From contig JAAOMT010000134.1 in NCBI GenBank assembly GCA_016748015.1, positions 254,757 to 318,756 on the forward strand: 64,000 nt of DNA, read 5' to 3'. Position 1 is the first letter of the stretch. Each line of letters begins with the position of its first letter. Made by a program: the position numbers and the translations under genes. The notes under the pieces are model-generated. The model did no database searches and was not told the origin of the DNA. It was given only the letters and a program-made list of their open reading frames with translations. Origin of the DNA: Geosiphon pyriformis uo1. Taxonomy: Eukaryota > Fungi > Glomeromycota. Shown here piece by piece: positions 24,803 to 38,304 of this stretch.

Positions 24803-27800
24803 TTAGATTTGTCTTATTTGTGACAAACCATCTGCATTTCCATTGTCTTTTCCCTTTTTATAATGTATGGTATAAGTATATGGTGAGAGTGTCATTTTCC
24901 ATTTGAATTGTTTGTCATCTCCAAATTTTTGTTTTTGGAGTAATGTCAGTCCTTTGTAATCTGTATACATTTCAAACTTCTGGCTCAAGTATTTTTTCTA
25001 TTTCATGACTGCCCAATAAATTGCTAAATGTTCTAGTTCTGGTGTTCCATAATTTTTTTTAGCTGGAGTTAAACCTTAGCTGGCATATATGACTGGATGT
25101 TCTTTTCTATCTGGTCTTTTATGTGATAGTACCACTTCCAATGCTTGGCCTGATGTATTGGTAATAATGATAAATGGTTTATTGTGATCTGGATAAATAA
25201 GTACTAGAGCTTGTATAAGCTTTCTTCTTAGAATATCAAAAGCTTTTTGTTGTGCTTCTGTTTATTTGTATTTCACATTCTTGGTTTGGAGATGATTGAA
25301 TGGTTGGGCTATCTTAGAAAAGTTTTTGATAAAGCATTGATAATAGCCTGCGAATCCCAAAAATGATTTTAACTCTGTCATATTGGTTGGTACTGGAAAG
25401 TTCTTGACTATCTCTATCTTTTTTGGATCTGTTTTGATGCCGTTTTTGCTTACTATGTGCCCTAAAAAGTTTAATTCTGTCTTGTCAAAGAAGCACTTAT
25501 TGGTGTTCAACTTTAGCCCTGCTTGTCATAGTCTTTCAAACACTTGTTGTAGATGATGTAAATAATCATCGAATGTTTTGGAGAACACATTGGTGTCATC
25601 TAAATAAATAACTACTGATTTCTACAATAAGCCAGTATATACTATTTCCATTAGCCATTGAAATATGGCTGGAGCATTCATCAAACCAAATGGCATGACT
25701 TCAAACTCAAAATTTTCTTCTCTCATTGTAAAAGCTGTTTTTTCTTTGTCTGCTGGATCCATAGCTACTTGCCAGTATTCACTGTCTAAATCCAGTGTTG
25801 AGAACCATTTATTTCCTCCAAAAGCATCAAATAGCTTCTGGATTTGTGGAGTTGAATAGCTGTCTCTGCAGATGACTCCATTGAGTTTTCTATAGTCCAC
25901 ACAAAATCTGATCTTTTTATTCTTTTTCTGGACGAGTACCACTGGTAATAACCATGGGCTCATAGATAGCTGAATTAGTCTGTTGTCAAGCATTTGGTTG
26001 ATCTCTTAACAGATAATCTCATGGCTGGCTGGTGGTACTCTGTATGCTTGTTGTTTGATTGGCATAGCATCTCCAGTCTTGATCTAATGTTGGATGATGT
26101 CAATCCTGCCAAATTTGTTTTTGCTAGTAAAGATGTCATTGAAGTTGTTGAGTAACATCTTGAGTTGTATATGTTAAAGTGGGTCTAAATTTCCTATGTT
26201 CATTTGTTTCAATTGTTTTGATTAGAGCAAATAACATTCATTTCATCCGTAGATTGTTTGTAACATAATATCTACATATCTGCATAGCTGTGGAAAGTCT
26301 GAAATAATGCTTGGTGGTTGATTTTCTAATTCAGTGCTTATGTATCCAATGATAATTTCCTCTGGTATTGTAATGGCATCTCTTGTAGTGTTGTAAATGG
26401 AAATTTTGATATGGTTGTGGTTTTTGGCTGGTATGTGGAGATTGATGAGTCCAATCTTTTTTGATTCACAAAGGCTTGTTTCTGCTTCAAAAATCTGATC
26501 CTTATCTTTCACCTTTCTCTCTATAATTACTATGTACTGGTCATATAGTAGAATGGAAATTACTTGACTGGTTGAGATAATTTCTCCTTGGCCAATCATT
26601 TTTTCTTTTGCCATATTGACTGATATATCTATTCTACTCATGGATTTGAATTCCTATATTTCTCTAGCTGTTATCCCTAATTTTTTCCTTTTTCCCACTA
26701 ATATTAACTGAGCTACTCTAACCAGAGGCAGGAATATTGCCTGTGCTATTTTTTCATTGGGTTCTATAATATAGGTCTTTTCTGAGTTATTTTGTAGCAT
26801 TGCCATGATATTTCCCACATATTCAGTGTTGATTATTCTTCCTTTTATAATAATTTCTTTTTTTGCTAAACTACTTCTATAAGCTAGTTGAACCATGGTT
26901 GTTGCTAGTATTTCCAATGCTATTTTCAAATCAATGTAGGTGTGCAAATGTGGCTCTAGTTTGATGGCATTTTTCCCTAGATACCTCAAATCAAACCCTG
27001 TATCAGTATCATGCACACACTCTGGCATAATACTTTCACTATTATCACTGAACCATTTAAGTTCCTGTTCCTTAGTAAAGTCAGGAAGTGCAATAAATGT
27101 TTTGGGGTTTGAATTGGAGTTTGAATTATTGTAAATTTCATTGCCATTCAAAGCTGAGCTGGAACTGTTGTTTTTGTCATCATCATTGTTGGAGTTTGAA
27201 TCAGGATTGAAAGTTGATTCCAATTCTGCTGCGCAGTTGCTTATTGGTTTATCTTCTTCTGGAATTGTGTAGATCATGTGTGATGGTGGATTGTAAATGA
27301 GGTCACACTTATTACAATACTGAAAGTCACAGGGAATTAAGCAATGTTGACATAATTGAGTGTTTAACTGCTCTAAACACTGCTCTTGTTCTTCCCTAGT
27401 AGGTGCCAAATGCTGGTAATGTTTATGAAATTCTTCTGGATCATCTTCAATGTTGCCAAAGATATCAAAAATTTGGATGTATTCAGGTTCAGAAAGAGAT
27501 AGAGGGTTGTTTTTGATCTCTAGTAATTCACTGGTTGTCACACTTTCTGCTTTTGCATATGCCATTCTCTATAGTTCATCTTTGTCATGGGTATATCTTT
27601 CCAATTGTCGCAATGCTCATTTCCAGGTGTCGTTGATTGGTGTTCCTTTACTTATCCAATTGTTTATCAGTATAGTGTACTGACATGTCTCATTGCACAT
27701 TTCTCCACACCCAGGAATGTTATTCCACATTCCTTCGTCAGGTAGAATAGTTCCACATGCAAGACATGGTTGGTTATCTCACTTTCCTTGTCGTTTTAGT

Positions 27801-29240
27801 CATCCAAAGTGCTCTATGATGCATGGGTGGCAGTAGAATCTTGTGGCCATGGAGTATTCCTTGTCATCACCACAGCATGCACCCATTGATAACAATTTTT
27901 TGCTGCAATTAACGCATTCTAATTTTGGTCAATGATAATTGGATGGTGGTATTGAAGTGTAAGCATATAAACTATAAGTGCTGCTGGTAAGAGTAGTTTC
28001 TTTTTCTTTCTCCTTTTCCTTTCCCTTATCAATTTCTTCTCATTCTCAGTTTGCTGGTTCATCTTGATCATGATTAGTTCTCCAGTTTTGGTCAGTATTC
28101 CAGGTAAGTTCTTTGTTTTCCTTCTCTTTTCTCTTGTCATCCCAAGAAAGTATTGGTGGTAGCTTATTGTGGTCTTCATTAGCCTAAAAGACTTGGTATG
28201 CTTTCCAGGTAGGTTTTTTTTTTCTTCTTTGAATTTGATAAGTGGAGCTGATGGCATAGTAATGGGTTTGAAATGGCCACATGTGGCTGGTACATATGTG
28301 TGTAATTCATTCTGGCTAAGCTGGAGCTCTTGAGTGTTCCAATCAAATGTCACATTGATTTTGAACAGCCAGTCATTACCCACCAGTGGTTGGTATTGGG
28401 TAGCTTCCATGACTAATACCTTGATTGGTACTATAATGCCATTGATTTTTATGGGCAAGTTATCTATTTCACCAATTGGAATCTTGGTGGCTCCATCAGT
28501 GGTAATTATCCTTGTACTGGCAGCTCGATCAACTTGGCGACCTAATTGGTCCATGAACTGTCTTGTAATAATGCTGCCCACTGATCTACTATCTAGAATC
28601 AGTTTGATGGACTGACCATCAATTTTGGCATCCATGTACATTGCTGTAATAGGTTTTTCCTTGAGTGTGGCTTTACTGAACAAAGGGGTTTCTGTCAGTT
28701 CCTCAATTTTGAAAGAAAATATAGCTGCTAAAGACTTGTCTTCTATAACAGTGACTGGCGGAATATTGGTAAGTAATTGCTTCTGTTTGGGTTCCCAAGT
28801 GTTGGGTAAGGCATCTTCTGAGGTAGCCAAAAGACTTAAATAGTTCTGGGAACTTGGGTTTTAAGTATATCTGGTGGTTGGATATGTTGGGGTGTTACTA
28901 CCAGTGTTTGTAGTTTTTTTTTGCCTTTACTTGCGTAGGTGATTGAGTATCTCTGTTGTGTGTGATGCTCAATTTCTTTATTAATCTTAGTGATGATGGA
29001 TGTGAAATTATAGTTTGTTGGTAAGCTACTGTTTTGGATTAATTTGTTGTAAAAAGTTTCTCTTGCTGATTCAGTATTTGTTGCTGTTCCTAATAAGTAG
29101 GCAATTTTTTCATTAACATAAAAGTTAAAGACTGATTCTGCTAATATGTGATTCGGGGTTAATCCCAAATGTTAACAGTAGTGTTGAAATAAGGATTTTG
29201 CGAATCCTAAATGGTTTGCTCCTATATTTTCTGATTCTGC
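24803..29240 (-). pseudogene. E truncated-gag-PR-Cys-rich-dUTPase-RT-RNase H
   Basis: ORFs 28836, 27919 (PR), 26654 (dUTPase), 26243, 25622 and 25262 (RT; YLDD at ~25600), 24803 (RNase H end 'GNADGLS'). Confidence 0.92.
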
Positions 29241-29303
29241 CACTGTTAATTTTTTTGTTGGTGCTGGTTCTCTGTAAGATTATACCTTACAAAGAGCACC
29301 AAA

Positions 29304-30031
29304 TGTTACAAGTGATTACTTGGGGTCTCAAGGCAAATAACAAACCCATAATTTGGTGCTCAATTGATATAATGTTGTTAGTAATATCTGAAAGTGTGTT
29401 TATTTGAAGACTTTGGTTGAGTCTTTTGTATAATGGACAGAGATTCAGTGGTAATAGTTTTATCCATAGCTTTCCGAAACCACAGTTTTGTCAATTTTTT
29501 TCTCAGCTTGATGGCTGGTAATCTTCTTGGTAAGCTATTTTTAATCCAGTGTTCTACCCTTATTCTTGGGTCTTTTACTAGTGCTATATCTTGACATCAG
29601 TACCCTGTGCATTAATTCTTAATAGAGTTAGTAATAACAACAATTAAACAAAAAAATAAAAGAAATAACATAAAGAAATGAGCCAAGGCAATGTGTACGT
29701 TAGTATCTGTCAATAGCCATGATTAAAAGCTATTGTTTCAGTATGGTTAAGTATCAATTGCTATCAACATGGAGTGTTGATAGTGAAGAATGGATTTGGA
29801 TGGTAAATAATTTATTTATTCAATATTTGTGAATTGAAGATTTCTAACTAAAAGATTCTGCCCTTTTCTATTTCTAATGCTACTGCTATATATACTTAAT
29901 TGATGTTCTATGAGATCACTCACATTTCTGAGTGATGTGTTATGATTTCTTGAGCAATGTGCTCATGTGCTAAATACTATTCTCTTATTGGTCTGCTATT
30001 TTCTATATCTATTTTCTTTTTATGAGTAACA
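29304..30031 (-). repeat. 5' LTR of E
   Basis: Matches 21830-22657 but is ~100 bp shorter in the U3 array. Confidence 0.92.
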
Positions 30032-31182
30032 CTATCCTATTTGGGATCAAATTTTCTATTCCATTGTTTTTCCACTTTAGTATGATATAAAAGTACTTTG
30101 TTTCCAATTTTGAATTTAACTGGTTTCTCTGGTAGTTGATTATTATGTCTTTTTTTTTGTTTTTCTTGTAACTTCTGAATGTTATCAGCTGCTCTTCGCC
30201 ATGTGTTTTCTAATGTCCTTATTAAGTCATATGTTCTTCTTAACAATGTTTTTTGGAAATTCTTTTCTGTTATTGGTTCTGTTGAATATGTTTTGACTTT
30301 TATCTCAACTGGTAATATTGTTGTTCTACTGTATACTAATTCAAATAGTATTGCTTGTGTAGTATCTTGCTTTATTGTCTAATAAGCAAATAATACTGAT
30401 GGTATAATCAAGTTCTATTCATCTTGGTTTTCTTGGCTAATTTTGGCAATGGTTTCACACAATGTTCTGTTAAACCTTTCAACTAGCCTATTTGTTTGTG
30501 GATAATATGATAATAATAATGGTCTTTTTATTTCAAATCTTTGACTTAATTTTGCCAATGTTCTATTCACAAAGTGAGTTCCTTGATCTGATAGTAGTTT
30601 TTTTGAACATCCATGTCAACAGATCAAGTCTTAATAAACAAATTTGGCAATGGATTTTGCATCTGCTCTTTGAATGGCTTTTGCTTCTGGCCATTTTGTG
30701 AGATAATTTATGACTATTGCAATATATCTGTTGTCTCTGCTGGTAATTGTTAATGATCCGACTAAGTCAATTCTGATATGATTGAATAGTTGTCCTACTT
30801 TGATTGGTTTTAATGGCTTACTGGGTTTTGTTCCACCTTTTCTTTGACAAGCATCACAATTTTGAACATATTGAATAATGTCTGGATATATTGATAACCA
30901 ATAGTATCTTTTTCTAGTTTTTTCTATGGTTGTTTCTTTGTGAAAATGTCCTGCTGTTGGGTCTGAATACATGTTGAATAATATTGTTTCTTTCTCTGGT
31001 TCTGTGATTACTCTGGTTGGTTGACCTGGATTCTTTTTGTTTTTCTGGTAAAGTATATTCTGGTAATTGATAAAATATTTTGATTGTTGTTTAATGTTGT
31101 TTTGTTTCTTTTGAGATAATTTTTCTTTGAACAATTGAGTATTTATATAATGTTAGAGTTGTTAGTATTTTTGTATATTCAT
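30032..31182 (-). pseudogene. D integrase (C-terminal tail continues at 21606-21829)
   Basis: ORFs 30631-31134 and 30037-30246; 'KFDPK' joins the GPF-like tail across element E. Confidence 0.9.
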
Positions 31183-31212
31183 GTTTTGTTATATTTTTGG
31201 GTTGAAATGTTT

Positions 31213-34200
31213 TTAGATTTGTCTCATTCATGACAATTTGTCAGTATTTTCATTGTCTTTTCCCTTTTTATAATGTACCATATAATTGAATAGTAAAAGT
31301 TTTATTTTCCATCTGACATGGCAATTGTTTCTGAATTCTTGTTTCTGGATTGAAGTCAATCTTTTGTGATTAGTATATACATCAAACTTTTGACTCAAGT
31401 ATTCTTTCCATTTGATAACAGCCCAATAGATAGCTAAGTGTTCCAGTGCTGGAGTTTTATAGTTCTTTTCAGCTAGACTTAAGCTTCTATTGGCATAAAC
31501 TACTGGATGTTCTCATCTGTCTGGTCTTTTCTGAGATAATACTGCTCCCAATGCTTGACCAGATGCATCAGTTGTGATTATAAATGGCTTGCTATGATTC
31601 AGATAGATTAGTACTGAAGCTTAAATAAGCTTTCTTCTTAATATATCAAAAGCTTCTTGCTAAATTTCTGTCCATTCATATTTAGTGTTCTTTGTTTGGA
31701 GTTGGTGTAGTGGTTGAGCTATTTTGGAAAAGTTCTTAATAAAGTGGCAGTAGTATCCAGCAAATTCCAAGAATGCTCTCAATTCTATGAGATTATTTGG
31801 TACTGGAAAGTTTTTGACAATCTCAATCTTGTCTGGATCCATTTTGATTCTGTCTTTGCTTACAACATGTCCCAAAAACTTGAGTTCAGTTTTTTCAAAG
31901 AAACATTTAGTTGCATTTAGCTTTAATCCAGCTCTTTTTAGTATTTCAAACATTTGTTGGAGATGATGCAGATGATCATCAAATGTTTTTGAGAACACAT
32001 TGATGTTATTCAAGTATACAACTACTGGTTTTCATAGTAGTCTAGTATAGACAATTTTCATGAGCTGTTGGAATGTTGCCAGAGCATTCATCAAGCCAAA
32101 TGGTATAACCTCAAATTCAAAATTTTCTTCTCGTGTTGTAAACACTGTCTTTTTTTTATCTTCTAGTTTCATGGCTACTTGTCAGTAACCACTATCTAAA
32201 TTTAGTGTCGAAAACTATTTCTTTCCTCCAAAAGCATTGAACAGTTCTTGGATCTTTGGAGTCAGATAGTTATCTCCTTTGGTTACTCCATTTAGTTTCT
32301 GATAATCCACACAAAAAGAATCTTTCCATTTTTCTTCTGGACTAGTACCACTGGTAATAACCATGGACTCATTGATGGTTGAATTAGTCTGTTGTCAAGC
32401 ATCTGATTGATTTCTTAACAAATAATCTCATGGCTAGCTGGTGGTACTCTGTATGCTCTTTGTTTAATTGGCATAGCATCTCCAGTCTTGATTTGATGTT
32501 GGATGATGTCAGTTCTGCCAAATTCATTTTTACTGGCAAAAATGTCATTGAAATTGTTGAGTAATATTTTGAGCTGCATACATTGTAATGGATCCAAGTT
32601 TCCCATGTTCATTTGTTTCAGTTGTTTTGGTTGAAGCAAATAATATTTATTTTATCCATATATTGTTTGTGATGTAATATCCACATATCCACAAAGTTGT
32701 GGAAAGTCTGGAATGATGTCTGGCAGTTGGTTTTCAATTTCAGTGGTTAAATATCCAATAGTTGTTCTTTCTGGTATCCTGATGACATTTTCTGTGTTGT
32801 TATAGATGGGAATTTTTATGTGACTATGGTTCTTGGCTGGTATGTGTAAATTAATTAATCCAATCTTTTCTGATTCACAAAGTGCTGCTTCTGTCTCAAA
32901 AATTTGAACTTGATATTTTACTTTTTTCTCTATAACTACCATGTACTGGTCATATGATGGAATAGAAATTGGTTGATAAGTGGAGATAATTTCTCCCTTG
33001 TTAATAATTTCTTTCTCTGCCATATTGACTAGTACATCTATTCTACCCATTGATCTAAATTCTTGTATTCTTTTTGCTGTTATCCCTAATTTTTCCCTGT
33101 TTCTTACTGGTACTAATTGAGCTATTTTCACCAGAGGTAGGAATATTGTCTATACTATCTTTTTGTTTAGATCTATAATATATGCCTTTTCTGAGTCATT
33201 TTGTAGCATAGCAATAATATTTCTTATGTATTCTGTGTCAATTATTCCTTCCCTAATGTTGATTTTCTTTTTGGCTAAGCTACTTCTAAATGCTAACTGC
33301 ACCATTATTGTTGTTAAAATTTCCAGTGCTATTTTAAGATCAATACAGGTGCGCGAATATGGTTTTAATTTGATGGCAATTTTTTTTTAGATATCTTAGA
33401 TCAAACCCTGCATTAGTATTATATATACATTCAGGCATAATACCTTCATTATTATTACTGAACCATCTGAGTTCCTGCTCCTTGGAGAGATTAGGAAGTG
33501 TGATGTATGTTTTGGGATTTGAATTGGAGTCTGAATTATTGTCATTTTCATTACTATATTAAACAGAACTGAAACCATTATTTTTATTATCGTTATTGTC
33601 GGAGTTTAAATCAGAATTGAAAGTTGATTTCAATTCCACTGCATAGCTATTGATTGGCTTGTCTTCCTTTGGGATTGTGTAGATCATGTATGATGGTGGA
33701 TTGTAAATAAAGTCACACTCATTACAATATTGGAAGTTACATAGAATTAAACAGTGGTCACATAATCGAGTGTTGATTTCTTTCAAGCATTGCTTCTGCT
33801 CTTCTCTTGTAGGTGCTAACTCTTGGTAGTGTTCATGGAATTGTTCTGGATTCAAGAGATTTATGACTGGTTCTGGGTCTTAGTCAAGTTTTATGGGTTC
33901 TGGTAGGTTATTTTTGATTGTTCTTATTTTTTTTGGTGATGCTCCTTCGATTTTGGCAAGAGCTATTTGCCAAATTTTGTCATCATTATGTGGACAACCA
34001 TCCAAGTGTTTGACTGCTCATCTTCAGGCAGTGTTTATGGATGTTCTTTTTCTTACCCAGTTGCTTATGAAAATTGTGTACTAACACAATTCATTGCATG
34101 TTTCTCCTCTCCCAGGAATGTCATTCCACATTTCTTCATCAAGAAGAGTTTTTTCACAAGCTAAGCATGGTTCATTATCCTATTTTTCCACTTGTTTTGG

Positions 34201-37200
34201 TCTTCCAAAGCATTCAACAAGACATGAGTGGCAATAGAACTTAGTTGCTATCTGGTATTTCTTATCATTGCCACAGCATGCACTCATTGATAACAATTTC
34301 TTGCTGTAATTGATGTATATGAGCTTTGATTAGTAATAGGCGGATTGTTGTGATGTGGTGTAAGTATAGTAATTATAAGTGGTGGTAGTAGTTAATATTG
34401 GTTCTTCTTTCTTCCTCTTTCCTTTTCTTTTTGTATTTTTTTCTCATTCCCAATTTATTAACTCTTCCTGGTTGTTGTTGGTTCCCCAAGTTTGGTTGGA
34501 ATTCCCAGTAAGTTCTTTTTTTTTTCTTTTCCTATTGTTGTCTCACAAAAGTATTGATAGTAACTTGTTGTGGTTTTTGTCAGCCCAAGAAACTTGATAT
34601 GCCTTCCAGGTAGGTTTTTCTTTTTCTTTTTCTAATTTGATGAATGGTGTTGATGTGTTGGTAGTCTTGAAATGACCATACATAACTGGTACACATGTGT
34701 GTTAACCATTCTGGCTGAGTTGAAGCTCTTGCATGTTTTAGTCGAGTGTTGCATTGGTTTTGAACAACCAGTTGTTGCCAATGAGCACTTGGTACTGTAT
34801 TGCTTTCATTACTAAGACTTTGATGGATACTATGATGCCATTGATTTTAATGGATAGATTGTCAATCTCACCAATAAGAGTTTTCATTGCTCCATTGGCT
34901 GTTATAATTCTAGTGCTGGCAATACAGTCAACTCAGTAACCTAATTGATTTATGAGTTGTCTAATAATGATACTGCCTGCTGATCTACTATCTAGGATGA
35001 GCTTAATAGAATGACCATCAATTTTGGCATCAGTATACATGGCGGTGATTGGTTTTTTCTCAAGTACAGCTCTACTGAACAATGGTGTAGATGTTGGATC
35101 CTCAATTTTGAAGGAGAATATAGCTGCAAGTGACTTGTCTTCTGTAATGGTGGCTGGTAATATGTTGCTGATAAGTGATTTCTGGCTGGTCTCTAAGTTG
35201 TTAGATGAGGTGTTTTTTGGGGTAACCAGGAGATTTAAATAGTTCTGGAAACTTGGGTTTTAAGTATACCTGGTTCTTAAACTCTGTTGTTGTGATCCTG
35301 ATGGCTGGTTGGCTGAACTGGGAATCAGTTGGTGAACAACTATTGCCAATCTTCAGTTTTGGGTGACTCTTGACTTGGGATTTCCTAATGTCATCTGAGC
35401 TGAGTTTAATAGCAGAGTTGGAATTGATGGTTGTTAATATATTACTTGTGGCTGTGGTTGATAAATAACTGGTGCTGCTGGTTGATAGAGTGGAGCTTGA
35501 TATACTGGTGGTTGATAAATTGGTGGCTGCATTACTGATAAGTAATTTGATTGATATATTTCTGGGTTGGATTGATATCTCGGAGTTTGAAATCAGTAAT
35601 TGGAGTTTTGGTATTGATTTCCCAATTATTGGTTTTTTATCCTTAATCTGTAATCAATTCTCAAATGCTCTTGTTAATCACAGTAGTGGCAAACATGCAT
35701 CTTCTGCTGCCACTGTTGACTGGTTAAGGATGATAGACATGACTGATTTTGGAAATGATTTGTGTTTTCTAAATTATTATATTGTTGTGGTGGTTGATAA
35801 ATTGCACAATTGTCAGCTAAGTATCCCTCCAATTTCTGATTGATGAAATCACTAAATTGTTTCAATTTAGAATCCAATTCAGATGATTCATTTATTACTA
35901 AATTAACAGTTTGGACATGGTTGGCTTCGAGTTCAGCTGCTTCAAAATCTCTGGCATTCATAACTGTAGCTTAAAGATCTGTTGGATGCATTGGGCATAC
36001 TCATTGGAGGATGCTACTGTGTAGACCTCTAATAAATTGATTTAGGATTTGTGGTGCTGTAAAATAATCAGTCTGAATTGCCTGAATTTGGTGCAGATTC
36101 CTATGCAAGTGTTCTAGGTAAGTGGTGACTGCTTTATTTTCTCTTTGCTTGATAATAGTGAAGGTGTTTGCTAAACAATTAATACTATTATTATTGCTAA
36201 AGTATTGTAGAAATGCAAGCTTGAATATATTAAAATTCTGGGGTTTGTTGGCTAGACTTTGATACCATAAGTCAGCAGTATCCTGGAGAAAATAGGAAAT
36301 GGCTTGCATGGCTCTGGCATCATCTCATCCATTGGCTGCGATGGCTTTTTTACATTGTTTAGCCACACTTGGGCATTATCCTCTTTGCTGGTAAATTTTT
36401 TAAGTTTGGTGATAGGAGCATATGCCATTGGTGCTATGATTTGCTATTGTGGTAGTTGTTGAAATTGTTGTTATGACTGTTGAAGTGACTGTTGTGGTTG
36501 TTGGGGCAGTTGAAGTGACTGCTGTTAAATCAGTTCAATAATTGGTTTAATTGGTGGTTGACCAATAACAATTACTGAAGGTAAGTTTTGTTGATTAATT
36601 GCTTCAGAGTTTGGATTGTTTTGAGTTTGCTGGGTTTGAATGTTTGGAGTTTCAACTTCCGGATTTTCTAAAATCAGGTTCTAATAAGTAAATTCTTGAT
36701 CTTTGACTTCTTTTTCTTCTTCTGATTCTGTTATCTCCCAAGGACTTATGTTTTCGAAATCTGGTTGAGGTGGTGGTGATCAGAATCCTAATGGTGTTGG
36801 TGATTACAATTTAAATCCTTCAAAATATTCACCATATGGTTCTAGTAACTCTGCTCTTTTTTGTTTACTTTGAAATAGAAATCATCCAAAGGTTGATGTC
36901 ATGTTTGATGTGAACATGTCTGCTGATAAGATATTGATGACACTTCCTGGCATATAATAATATGATAGATTGGTTGGTAATTCAACTCAGATTTTCTTCT
37001 AAGTAAGTGGTTATATTTGTTTTGGTGTTACTGCTGGTGTTTGCAATTTTTTTTTGCCTTTGTCTGCATAGGTAATAGAGAATTGTTGTTGTGTATATCT
37101 TTCAATGGTTTGATTGATTTCTTTGATGATTGGTGTGAAACTGTAGTTTCTTGGTAAGCTGATATGTTGAAATAATTTTGTATAGAAATTTTTCCTTGCA

Positions 37201-37376
37201 GATTCAATGTTAACTGTTCTTTCTAAGCAATCTATGATTTTATCATTAATTTAAAAGTTGAAGGCTGATTCTGCTGAGAAATGATTATTGTTTAATCTTA
37301 ATTGTTGGCTGTATTGTTGAAACAAAGATTTGGCGAATTCTAAGTGGTTTGCTCCTATAATTTCTGATTCTGCCAT
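31213..37376 (-). pseudogene. D gag-PR-Cys-rich-dUTPase-RT-RNase H
   Basis: ORFs 37251, 36001, 35674 (gag, CHYC), 33559, 32652, 32415 and 31660 (RT). Confidence 0.9.
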
Positions 37377-37437
37377 CTTTGGATAATTGTTGTTGATGCT
37401 GTTTTCTGTAGAATTATACTTCACAGAGAGCACCAAA

Positions 37438-38294
37438 TGTTACAGGTAATTATTTGGGATTTCAAAGCAAATAACAACCCATAACTTGGTGCTTAATTGG
37501 TATTTTGGTGTTGATATCTGAAGGTTTAATTGTTCTGAAGATTTTGGTGTAAAGTTTTTTGTATAATGGACAGAGATTTTAATAGTTGTTTTTAGTAGCC
37601 TCCTGGAATCACAATTCCATTAAATTTTTTTTTCAGCATGGTGGCCAGTAATTCTTCTGGTAAGCTATCTTCAAATCTATGAGTGTTTTACTCTTGTTTC
37701 ACAGATCTTTTACCAGTTCCTATGATGTTTGTAACTCAGCACTTTAATTCTTAATCAAATTAGTCAACAAAAAAAATACAAAAAAATAAAAGAAAATAAA
37801 AAAAGATAAAGAAATAAACAAAAGCAATTGCAAGTTAGTATCTTATCAATAGCCATAATCAAGGGCTATTGTTCTAGTGTGATTAAGTATCAATTACTAT
37901 CAACATAAAGTGTTGATAATAGAGAGTAGATTGAGATAAAAAATAATTATTTATTGATATTTGTGTATAGAAAGTTGCTTAAATCAAATCTAAACTAAAA
38001 GGTCTGTCTTTTCTACTTCTAATAATACTGCTATATATACATAATTGAGATTCCTCAATTCTTTAATTTTTCACACCAGGAATTCTGGAATTTCTGAAAT
38101 TTCTGGAATCTTGCAATTTCTTTTGAGAGGAATCCTAGAATTCTGGAATCTTGCAATTTCTTGTACAAGAATCCTGAAATTTCTAGAATCCTGCAATTCC
38201 TTTTAAGAAAAATCCTAGAATTCCACATTTACTACGACTACTTCTAATTGGCTACTTTACATGTTAATATACTTTTTATGTTCTATGAATAACA
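37438..38294 (-). repeat. 5' LTR of D
   Basis: Adjacent to PBS (CTTCACAGAGAGCACCA on the + strand); ends GAATAACA. Confidence 0.92.
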
Positions 38295-38304
38295 TTGGAT
38301 AACA

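Larger units (their letters stand above)
21830..30031 (-). mobile_element. Ty3/Gypsy element E (internal gag deletion), inserted in the integrase tail of D
   Basis: LTRs 21830-22657 and 29304-30031; perfect TSD CTAT (21826-21829 / 30032-30035); PBS ~29285-29301; PPT ~22658-22672. Confidence 0.93.
20076..38294 (-). mobile_element. Ty3/Gypsy element D, interrupted by E
   Basis: LTRs 20076-20892 (3') and 37438-38294 (5'), PBS ~37419-37435, PPT ~20893-20908, TSD TTAG/TTGG. Confidence 0.92.
9221..38304 (-). mobile_element. Solo LTR B (~950 bp in three pieces: 9221-9630, 19540-20075, 38295-38304)
   Basis: TGTTACA at 9221 and GATAACA at 38304; TSD CAGT (9217-9220) / CAGT (38305-38308); LTR sequence is continuous across the C and D insertions. 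Confidence 0.8.
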
